From Dendrobates tinctorius (Eukaryota): a stretch of 64,000 nucleotides of DNA. Below, piece by piece: positions 12,038-25,100 of this stretch. Made by a program: the position numbers and the translations under genes. Position 1 is the first letter of the stretch. Every line of letters starts with the position of its first letter. The stretch spans positions 4,650,001-4,714,000 of the forward strand of contig NW_027361685.1 in NCBI RefSeq assembly GCF_039654945.1. Reading direction: 5' to 3'. The notes beneath the pieces are model-generated. The model was not told the DNA's origin and made no database searches. It worked only from the letters and a program-made list of their open reading frames with translations.

Positions 12038-12347
12038 TATCTAAAGGGCTGTCACATTGTAGAAGGATCAACTTTATTCTCATTTGCACAAGGAAAGACT
12101 AGAAGCAATGGGATGAAACTGAAGCGGAGGAGACACAGATTAGATATTAGAAAAAACTTTTTGACAGTTAGAGTGATCAATGAGTGGAACAGGCTGCCAC
12201 GAGAAGTGGTGAGTTCTCCTTCAATGGAAGTCTTCAAACAGAGGCTGGACAGACATCTGACTGGGATGATTTAGCGAATCCTGCTTTGAGCAGGGGGTTG
12301 GACCAGATGGCCCAGGAGGTCCCTTCCAACTCTACGATTCTATGATT
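12038..12347 (+). mobile_element. 5'-truncated CR1 LINE 3' end
   Basis: YLKG..LFS..TRSNGMKL..RLDIRKNFLTVRVINEWNRLPREVV..FKQRLD, followed by GGTCCCTTCCAACTCT and an (ATTCTATG)-type tail. Inserted at GACACCAT|TCTAAAAAC. Confidence 0.9.
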
Positions 12348-12767
12348 CCATTCTAAAAACTGCACCCATTAAGGTGCTCAAAACCACATTCAATAAGTTT
12401 ATTAACCCTTCAGGTGCTTCACAGGAACTTTTTGAATATTTAAAAAAAATGAACATTTAACTTTTTCACAAAAAAAACCTTCAGGTTCAATTTTTTTTAT
12501 TTTACCAAGTGTGAAAGGAGAAATTAGACTGCAAAAGTTATTGTGCTATTTGTCCTGAGTACGCTGATACCTGATATGTGGGGGGAACCACTGTTTCGAC
12601 TCATGGCAGAGCTCAGAAGGGAAGAAGTGCCGTTTGACTATTTCAATGCAAAATTGGCTGGAATTCAGATTGGACGCCATGTCACGTTTGGAGAGCCCCT
12701 GATGTACCTAAACAGTGGAAACCCCCTACAAGTGACCTCATTTTGGAAACTAGACCCCCCAAGGAAC

Positions 12768-14393
<1,626 letters not shown>

Positions 14394-15254
14394 TAGATGT
14401 GTGGTGAGAACTTTGAACCCCCATGGGCTTCACAGAAGTTTATAACGTACAGTCGTACAATTAAAAAATGAAATTTTTTCCTCAAAAATGATCTTTTCAC
14501 CCTCAATTCTTATTTTTCCAACCATCATCCACAGAGCCAGAGGGGATTTAGCAGAGTAGTTTGGGGGACATGTAGGACTTGTTATTTATCACTTTTTATT
14601 CTGCTGTTTGTGAGGTAGGATGTACAAAAAGACGGTAATTCTGCTAATGTTTTCTATTATGTGATTGTACGGCACCTTCACACGACCTGTCATGTTTTTC
14701 ACAGATGCCACGTGTCCCCTATTTGACCTATGGTGCTGCTCTCATGTCCATGTTTTCCCAGCAGCACAGATGACAAAGGGCCAATACAAGTCTATGAGTC
14801 CGTGTAAACGTGCCGTCTGTGTGCTGTACATGTGTCGTCCGTGTGCTGTACATGTGCCGTACGTGTGCTGTACATGAGCCGTCCGTGTGCTGTAGATGTG
14901 CCATTCGTGTTTAACACGGAAATTATATGAGAAGCTTTGTAATTCCATTATCCATATGGATGACCAAGATCAGAGTCTCATTATCCCTAGTAGAGAAGCT
15001 CCAGAGACAAAGACCCCGTCTGGTCCTAACACGCTGGGGGCCCGGAGTATCCAGCCACGGGGCCCGGATTCTCTCATTTGTGGCCCCAGCATTTCTTGTA
15101 GAATAAATCCCTTTCTCACACAGTCCTGTAGTAATGACTTTGTTCTCAAGTTTTGTAGGAGGGTTCGTCTGACTCCATCTTATGTTATCGGTATAAGTGC
15201 GAGAGACCAACGACCGCAGTTTTACCGTGTGTGTCCGGGTTCAGTTCTACAGTG

Positions 15255-16980
15255 TGAGAGATGCAGGGTCTGTGACCGAAGCTGGGGATATACAGGTGTA
15301 AACAGTGTACACTGTGGGGTCTGCTACCGAAGCTGGGGGTATACGGGTGTATACAGCGTACACAGGTGTCTGCGTCCAAAGCTGGGGGTATACAGGTGTA
15401 TACAGCATACACAGAGGGGTCTATGACCGAAGCTGGGGGTTTACAGGTGTATACAGTGTACACCGGGGTTTGCAACCAAAGCTAGGGGTCTACATGTGTA
15501 TACAGTGTACACAGGAGTCTGCGACTGAAGCTGGGGATATACGGGTGTGTACAGCCTACACACAGGGGTCTGTGACCGAAGCTGGGGGTATATGGGTGTA
15601 TACAGTGTACACAGGGGTCTGCGACAGAAGCTGTGGGTATACGTGTGTATACAGTGTACACAGGGGTCTGCGACCGAAGCTGGGGGCATACAGATGTATA
15701 CAGCATACACACAGGGGTCTGCAACCAAACCTGGGGGTATATGGTTGTATACAGCATACTGTTATGATTGGGTCACCGAGGAGGAGAGCAAGCCCAAGCT
15801 AAGCCACAGAAAACCAGAGAAGTTGGTAACTAGACAGATTGCAGACCTCTGATCCTATCCACACAACTATCAGTAGCCGTGGAGGGTGCCTGCGATGATC
15901 CTAGACGCCTTGGCACAGCCGGAGAGCTAACTAAGCCTAAAGGAAGAAAGGGGAAATCTAAACTGCCCCGAAGTAGACCCCAAAGGAAGATAGCCCCCAA
16001 ACATATTGTCAGTGAGACAAGATGAAAACGCAAACGTAGGCAGGAAAATAGACTGACCAAATGATGGGGCCCACACTAACTAGACAGGAGAGGAAAGGAA
16101 AGACACTGTCTGCAATCACGCAAAAAACCCTGCCAAAAAGTCCAACACGTCTGATGCAAAAAATACTGAAGTTGCATGACTTCACCCACTATATCAGCAC
16201 TCTGGTATATTCTGAAAGCAGAGCAAAAAGAGGCCAATCTAATAAGGGATGAAAACAAACTGGCACAAGCAGTAACATATGGATGGAGATTCAGCACAGC
16301 CCCAGCCGGAGCTGGCTGACCCGCACAAAACTGAAATAGACAAAACCAGATCAAATGTGAACAGAATAGCAAAAGAACACTTAGCTGAACATGCAGGGAC
16401 TGAGCTGGAAACTAAGACCTCAGGAGGCAGGAAAAAATCACCAGCAGGGATAGAGGGAGTTGGCTGTCTTAAATTCAGTCTGAAACCCCAGATCTCCAAT
16501 CGTCGTCCTCATTATCAGGTGGCAAGCCTCTGTTAATCAGATCAGCTCCATTACCTCCAGTAACCACCAGAGGGAGCCCAGAAAGAGAACTCACAACCCC
16601 TCTGTCAATTTGACCAGCTCCACTATGTTCAGTAGTAACCAGAGGTAGGCCAGAAAGCGAATTCACAACAGCTTACACACAGGGGTCTGGAACCGAACCT
16701 GGGGGTATGCGGGTGTATACAGAGTACACAGAGGGGTCTGCAACTGAAGCTGGGGGAATACAGGTGTATACAGCATACACAGAAGGGTCTCCAACTGAAG
16801 CTGGGGATATACGGGTGTATACAGCGTACACAGGGGGGTCCTCAACCAAAGCTGGGGTATTTGGGTGTATACAGCATACACAGAGGGGTCTGTGACCAAA
16901 GCTTGGGGTATACGGGTGTATACAGCATACACAGATGGGTCTGTGACTGAAGATGGGGTATACAGAGTACACAGATGGGT
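15255..16980. repeat. About 48-bp minisatellite (ACACAGGGGTCTGCGACCGAAGCTGGGGGTATACGGGTGTATACAGTGT)n, split by a solo LTR
   Basis: Tandem units are visible at 15255-15759 and 16671-16980. Confidence 0.9.
15760..16670 (-). mobile_element. Gypsy solo LTR related to the LTRs of the 44386-52040 element
   Basis: TGTTATGA...TCACAACA ends, 911 bp, colinear with LTR 51129-52040. Flanks are GCATAC/GCTTAC. Confidence 0.88.
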
Positions 16981-18130
16981 CGGCACAAATGCGGCTCCGC
17001 TCCAAACACCCTGTACACAGGGCTCCGCTCCGTACACTTCGTACAGATGAGGCTCCGCTCTGTACATCTCACACACATGCGGCTCCGCACCGTACACCTC
17101 CTACACACGCGGCTCCGCTCCGTACACCTCGTACACACGGCTCCGCTCCATACACCTTGTACGCACGGCCCTGCTCCGCACACCTCATACACACGGTTCT
17201 GCTCCGTACACCTCGTACACAAGCGATTCTGCTCTGTACACCTCATACACACAGGGCTCCGCTCCGTATACCTCGTACACACGCAGCTCCGCTCTGTACA
17301 CCTCGCACACACACTTCTCCACTCCGTACACCTCATACACACTGTTCTGCTCCGTACACCTCGTACACAAGCGATTCTGCTCTGTACACCTCGTAAACAC
17401 AGGGCTCCACTCCGTACACCTCGTACACACACAGCTCCGCTCCGTACACCTCGTACACACAGGGCTCTGCTCCGTACACCTCGTACACACACTTCTCCAC
17501 TCCGTACACCTCGTACACACACAGCTCTGCTCCGTACACCTCGTACAAACACGGCTCCGCTCCGTACACCTCGTACACACGCGGCTCCACTCCGTACACC
17601 TCGTACACATGCGGCTCTGCTCCGTACACGTGGCCCCACTCCGTACAGCTCGTACACGTGGCTCCGCTCTGTACACCTTGTACACACACGGCTCCGTTCC
17701 GTACACCTCATACACACACGGCTCCGCTCCGTACACCTCGTACACACACGGCTCCGCTCCGTACACCTCGTACACACACGGCTCCGCTCTGTACACCTTG
17801 TAAACACACGGCCCCGCTCTGTACACCCCGTACACACACGGCTCCGCTCCGTACACCTCGTACACATGCGGCTCTGCTCCGTACACATGTGGCCCCGCTC
17901 CGTACACCTCGTACACACACGGCTCCGCTCCGTACACCTTGTACACACACGGCTCCGCTCCGTACACCTTGTACACACGCGGCTCTGCTCCGTACACCTC
18001 GTACACACACGGCCCCGCTCCGTATACCCCGTACACACATGGCTCCGCTCCGTACACCTCACACACACGGCTCCGCTCCGTACACCTCGTACATACACGG
18101 CTCCGCTCCGTACACCTCGTACACACGCGC
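16981..18130. repeat. 30-bp minisatellite array upstream of ZNF paralogue 2
   Basis: About 38 units of (CGGCTCCGCTCCGTACACCTCGTACACACA), the same unit as at 1-270. Confidence 0.95.
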
Positions 18131-19113
18131 CTCTGCTACATCCACCCTATAAACCCCTCCTGACTCCACACAGAAACTTCCCCTCATCCAGCACCATGAC
18201 AACCAGCACAGCAGAGTCCTGCACACACTGAGGCCCCTGATCATGTGACTCCTGACTCCTCCCCTCCTGTGACCTCATCACAGGTCCTGTGCGCACAGAG
18301 CAGCTGTAGAAATCTCCGGACTCGGGGGTCTCACCAGACTTCGCTCTTTTCTTGCAGGGGCCGCAGTGGATTTCATCCTGGATCCATAGAGCTGAATAGA
18401 GGAGCGATGTTCCTTCACTCTGATGGGAATTGATGGTGACGATTGTCCAACGTCCACGTTACCGAGGAAATCCCCCCAGGACTGCAGCCGGTAAAGACCC
18501 CGATATCCACAGGTGTCCCCTCTAATTGGGGGAAAGGGATAGAAAAGCCTCTTATCCCGAGGGGAAACCCTGTACATGGAGACATCGGCCTCAGATCTCT
18601 CCTGTCCTGTTCTTCCAGAAAAGCCTCAAACTTCTGTGTGTGACTCAGAGCTGAGATCTAACGTGAGAGAAGATTCCAGTGCGGGGAAGACGGGAAACCT
18701 TCATATAGACGGCCGGTGGGGATGGAGGCAGTGACCGACTCTGGCCACATCTGTCTCTAGAGCCGCAGTAGAAGATGAAGATGTCGTCCTCATCATGAAG
18801 GAGTTATTTCTCATGTCGCGTGTAATGAATATCTCCTGCAGTATTGCTAATGCCGATTCCAGTGTCGGTAATGAGAGGAGAATTAGCGTTATGGAAGATG
18901 AGTCTATGAGGAACGTGTTCAGCTGCCGACTCCGAGGAGGAAACTGCTTGTTGTCTGGGGCCTAAATATATAGGTTTTATTAGTAGATGTCAGGGGAGAA
19001 AACTAAACCCTGTAAGATAATAAATCTCCTCATATGTTTCCCTTATTATCTCCAGTAATTGTATTATTACACAGGATTCTTATGATGTTACATCGGATCA
19101 TCTTCTCATTCAG
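18131..19113 (+). promoter_or_regulatory. Upstream/putative promoter and 5' UTR block of ZNF paralogue 2
   Basis: Paralogous to 271-806 with an extra 455 bp (18442-18896). Function is inferred from position. Confidence 0.4.
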
Positions 19114-19185
19114 GTCTCTACAATATTGGATCCTCTCAGTGAAGATCTTCTACAAAAGAGAGTTTTCCTAATTTACCCATCAAGG

Positions 19186-22100
19186 ATGGATATGGACAGA
19201 GACAAGATGGCGGAGAGGATGTTACACCTCACCCTAGAGATCCTCTTCCGTCTCACTGGAGAGGTGAGAGATTCTGATGACGTCACATTACATCATTCTT
19301 ATCTATGGGAATAACAGATGGACAGAACTGGAGAGGTGAGGACTCTGGAAATGTCTGTAGTGAGATTTATTAATGTGTCTCTCCATAACCAGGATTACAC
19401 CGTGGTGAAGAAGACCTCTAGTGATCGCTGTCAGGACCCTGTGTCTGAGGGATGGGGAAGACCCCTGAGCCCAATCACGGGGCCTCCACCTCACCCCCTG
19501 ATCCATGAGGACATGAATGACCAGAAGGTCTTAGAACTCATCCACAAGATGATTGAGCTGCTGACTGGAGAGGTGACACTGCTGGGAATGCTGGGACATT
19601 ATACAGTAACGCTATGAAGAGATCGGGGGGATGATGGTATCATTGTATGTGTCAGGTTCCTATAAGGTGTCAGGATGTCGCTGTCTATTTCTCCATGGAG
19701 GAGTGGGAGTATTTAGAAGGACACAGAGATCTGTACAAGAATGTCATAATGGAGGTTCCCCAGCCCCTCACATCTCCAGGTAATAGGACTAAGACTGGGT
19801 TCACACGTAGCGGAACTCTCGCGGAAATTCCCGCGAAAATTTCGGAATTCCATTCCGCGGGAAAATTGCATTTTAAATTCTCGCGATTTTCCCACGGAAA
19901 AACTAGCATTTTGCAAGCGTAATTAGCTTGCAGAATTGCTAGCGTTATCCAAGTGATCTGGAGCATCGCTTGGAGAACTGATTGACAGGTTGGTCACACA
20001 CATCAAACATAGAGTTTGACGAGTGTGACCAACTTTTTACTATTGAGGCCACCTATGCGGCATCAATAGTAAAAGATGGAATGTAAAAAATAGTAATAAA
20101 AAAAAAAATATTGTTATTCTCACCTTCCGATGTCCCGCGCAGCCTTCTCGCCTCTCTCCACGCTCCCGGTCCCAGTAATCCTTTGCGACAATTACCGCGA
20201 TGACGTCTGTTCTCGTGGGATCGCGACGTCTCGCGGTCCTTTGCGATGACGTCACGCGAATGACCACGAGACTTCGCGATCCCGCGAGAACGGACATCAT
20301 CGCTCGCAAAGGCTTACTGGGACCGGGAGCGTGGAGAGAGGCGGGAAGGCTGCGCGGGATGTCGGAAGGTGAGAATAACAATATTTTTTATTTTAAATTC
20401 TATTTTTTACAGTGATGTGGTGCCCAAAGCCCGAAGGACAGTCTCCTCTCCTCCGGACCGTGGGTACCATCCGCAAATGTTCATTTCGCATGGTGTGCAC
20501 AGCCACATGCAGAAAGTAAGCAGAACAATGCATCCCTATGGGTGCGGGATCGCCGCGATTCCGCGAAATTAATGAGCATGCTGCGTTTTTTACCGTGAAG
20601 CGATTCCGCCGCGGTGAAAACCACAGCATTGCGGAATGCATGGGATGCTTATTTTTCGCGGCAAAATCGCGCGGTTAAAACCGCTGCGGAAACGCGAAAA
20701 AAAGCCACATGTGAACTCAGCCTAAATACACACGGCCTATAGTTATCTGTATGTAGAGAATGAATTCAGTCCCTGTATGTGTTTCCTCCAGATCTATCCA
20801 GTAAGAGGACAACACCAGAGAGATGTCCCCGTCCTCTTCTTCCACAGGACTGTAACCAAGAAGATCCCAATGTCCCTCAGGATCATCAGGTAGGTGGAGA
20901 TAAGGTGTCAGGAGATCCCCCCCTATGATGTGTAGACGGCTGTGAAGGTCTTGTGCTCAGTCTTGTTTTATCTCACCATCCTGGTAGCTCTTCTCTGAAC
21001 TTGATCTCGCTTTTCAATGCTTTTTTAAAATGTGGTGCCCAGAACTGGACACAGTGTTTCAGAAGAGATCTGACCAAGAAGGAGTAGACGAGAATAATTA
21101 TTTGACGTGATTTAGACTCTATACTTCTCTAAATACGTCACAGAACTTATGTTGGCAGCGGATTACTCATGATTCTCTCCAAGAGTGTGACAACAGAACT
21201 TGTTTATTCGAGAACAATCAGGAACAATATATGATCAGCTTAATAGATCAGGAATAAATCATTTCTGTGTCTCTATCTATGCAGCATCTACAGAAGGTTG
21301 CTTCTCTCATACACAGACAGGAAAACAAGAAATACAATCACATGCTTTCCCTGTGTGAGCCTCTGGGAGGTTTTTTTTAACTTTTAAAACATCATACAAA
21401 ACTGTCAACTAAACACTCATACACCCCACTCAACAACGACTTACCCTGTTAGTCCCATTGCGGTTCTGAAGTCCACAAACTTGGCTCTTGATAATGGCTT
21501 TGTCATACCATCAGCTATCATCTTGTCAGACTCGCAATAAACAAACTCGAGTAAACCACGTTCTACTAAGTCACGTAAGTGGTGATGTTTTACATCAATG
21601 TGCTTAGTCCTTGCACTAATCTTACTGCTGGCAAGGTAACTGTTGGTTGAGCTAATGGCTTGCCAAAATCTTCCAAAAGTTGTTTCAACCAAATTATTTC
21701 TTGACTTGCATAAGCAGCAGACATATATTCTGCTTCTGTAGAAGATAATGCGACTGGCACTTGTTTTCTGTTGGACCAAGAAATTAAATTTTCTCCTAAT
21801 TAGAACAAGTAACCACTTGTTGATTTCCGATCGCTTGAATCTCCAGCCCAATCTGCATCCACATAACCTCTGAGAGTGAGATCTCCTGATGCAGAAATCC
21901 TAAGATTTAGCCTTAGAGTTTCTCAAAGAATTCTCCTAATTGCATTCCACTCTCTTTGGCGTGGCTTGCTTACACGACGACAGTCTGTGGTTGTGATATC
22001 CGAACGAGTTGCGGTTGCTATGTACAGAAGCGCCCCCACTGCTTGTCTTTAACTCTCATTGCTGGGTAGCAGATCTCCTTCTAACTTTAAGTAGGATGGA

Positions 22101-25100
22101 TCCATTGGTGTTGACGCACCTTTGCTTTCTGACATTCCAAACTGGTTTAGGATTGCGGAAATTTTAGAACTTTGGTCAAGAAGAAAACTCCCATCTTCAT
22201 CTCTATGGATTTGGATTCCCAAATAATACGTCATATTTCTAAGGTCCTTAGTCTCAAAAGTGCTGGTTGAGAATTTCTCCTAGCTTTGCAATTTCCTTTT
22301 CATCTTGATAAGACATGATTACATCGTCTACATATAGGAGAACATACATCCACTCCTTCGCCGCTACATTTTTCGTGTACAAGCATGGATCAGCTTGAGA
22401 TCTCTTAAATCCTTCATCCCTCAAATCCTTGTTCATTTTCGAGTTCCAAGCTCTTGCCGACTGCTTAAGTCCATAGAGAGATTTTTGCATTTTACAAACA
22501 AGGTGCTCTTAAACATAATAACATAGTTAGCAAGGCCGAAAAAAGCCATGTGTCCATCCAGTTCAGCCTATATTCCGTCAGAATAAATCCCCAGATCTAT
22601 GTCCTTCTACATCCAGCAGGTAAACAGAAAATACAGTCACATGCTCTTCCCGTGTGAGCCTCTGGGAGTTTTTTTTTAAAACTTTATAGACAGCATACAA
22701 ATCTAGAAACAAAACACTCATTGACAGGAATGGAGTTGTTGCACTAAACATATTTCAACAACTTGTGTAATGAGAACGGTGGAGATGGTAGGATTAGAGC
22801 TGATCATAGATGGGACTTCTCCATCTGTCGGTGACTTTTACAATATTTGTTTCAGGGTGAAGATCTGACCCATATTAACACTACAGAGACATATGTGAGG
22901 GGTGATGAGTGGTGTAAAGAGGAGATTCCCACATATGACTACCCAGGTGAGTAGTAACCACTGAATGCAGAGAAGTCACAGATTCCTCTCAGTCACCGGC
23001 TGTGGCTGTTTTATCGGTGGTGTAGTCCGGCCGTATTACCATGGTCACCATTTTGCCTCTAGACCACAACATTCTCCTCCACCCAAAACTGTTCAAATGA
23101 CTTTGGGCATTGAAAGCCCTTTTCTATAGAACTTAGAACCTGGAGGATCCATCCACCTCAAAATGCTGACCGTTACCTGCCCAGTTCTGTAACTATAAAG
23201 CCAAATGACAGCGTACGTAGAATGTGCTGACAAGATAGAAAATCACTTGAAGAAAAATATTATGATGGGCCTGTAAGAGAAAGCGGAGGGTAATGATGCT
23301 GTTGTCTTCCTAGAATCCCAAGATCTAATTTCAGAGCTGAAATCTCATCTCCCGAGATCTTGATACCGAGATCTCCATCTGCGCATGCGTCGCCCCCAGG
23401 CTGCCATGTTCACGGAGTCTTCCGCACAGGAGGAAACCACGGATATGCGGGGGGCTCTGGCCTTTCACAAAATGTCAGCAGAGCCCCCAGCAGCGGCGGA
23501 CACACCAGGCAGCAGCAGCGGACACCCTGGGCAGCAGTGCCAGGCACTCCAGCAGCACCAAACTCTCTCAGTGGCGCACTACTCATCGGACACCCCCTCA
23601 TCCCACCCTGTGGCCTGCAGCATCACCCCACTCCTGCCTCCTCCAGCAGCAACTATGGGACCCCACTTCACCACAGCAATAAGACGCATGGATTATAAGA
23701 AGCACCACCGTGTTATTAAAAATAATTTTTCCTATTTTTCTCCTCACAATTTGGGGTGTGTCTTATAATTCGGAGCGTCTTATAATCCAAAAAATACGGT
23801 AACATGTTTTTTTATTCTAGTTCTTTTTGTACAGGTTCATTTTGTATGGTAGTCTGATGATGGTGGGATCGGCCTGCCTCACTTATGTGAGTCTGCAACT
23901 ACCTGGTAGCCTTTAAAATAAGGTCTCCATTACCTCTGCCAAATGCCTGAGATCTAAATTTAAGACACATCAGCTCTGCACTATTATAAGAAGTTATCCG
24001 TAAATGTCTAATATTTCTTGAAACTCATCTGACAGAAAATATTGGCCCTTACGATGGTTTAGATTGCCAAGAGCCACCGAGCCCCAAACTCTAATTACCC
24101 AGAGAGTGTTCACCAGGATAATAGGAAACAAATGGACCTTACAAATGATTTCCCAATGTCTCTTGAATCCAACAATCCCCTATATATGTTTGTACACTAC
24201 TCTCTGGGCACATGGTAGGGTAAGAAAGGAAGGAGCGCCATTTAGCTATTCGTACCCAGATCTTGATGGAATACTTTGCAGACACAATGTATTGGGAGCA
24301 CTGTTAGTGATCACCTGGCAGATGAAAAGATGGCCACCACGAGAAGGCTTGGCTCTATCTACTCTATTTTCCAGATCCCAGTGATTGCCTTGCTCATCAT
24401 CCTTTAACCCCTCTTCATGGATCTGGACTTACACAGAGACCCCTAGGCTTGGGCCAAGGTGTTACCTGCTATTCTGTGGAGTGAGATGGCAAGAAGAATA
24501 GTCAGGTAGCTGGTCATAACCAGGAGGGCAGAGAAAGTACAAAATCAGAAGACACAAGTGTAGTCAGTAAGCGGGCTGGGATTACACCAGGAAACAAATA
24601 CACCAGCTGAGCACAGAGGACTGAACCAGAGGAGAACAAGGCGGTATCTGGCAGATTCCGGGAATATGCTTCAAGCTTTAGTAGGGTTTGGTGCTTTCTA
24701 ATTGGCTTAAGCAGGTAGCAGATTGCTACCAGATTGCTGGACAGCACACAAACCCATACTGCCAGGCTGGATGAAACTACTGGTCTCAGGCTCCCTAATC
24801 TTATTGGCTGGACAGAGCCAGCGCCACCCAGAGCTTCTGGTTTTGACGTCTCTTCTATTACCAGCAACGCCTGCACAATAAATAAGGCGCTGCTTGGTGA
24901 TGGAATCAAACATCGCAGGAGCAGATTCCAGTGGAGAGGGGACACACCATCTGCAGATGCCCTAATATAGCAAAATTACAGGGAACTGAAGCAGTAGAAA
25001 TCCCCATAAAGTGGCTCCATTATGGAAATTATAACCCTCAGTGAATTATTCTATGGGAGTAGTGACACTTTACGGAAATTAGCTCGCACTGGATGTTGCA

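Noticed and set aside
16842-18231. Long ORFs of 313-418 aa on both strands
   Set aside because: They are translations of the stop-poor 30-bp minisatellite.
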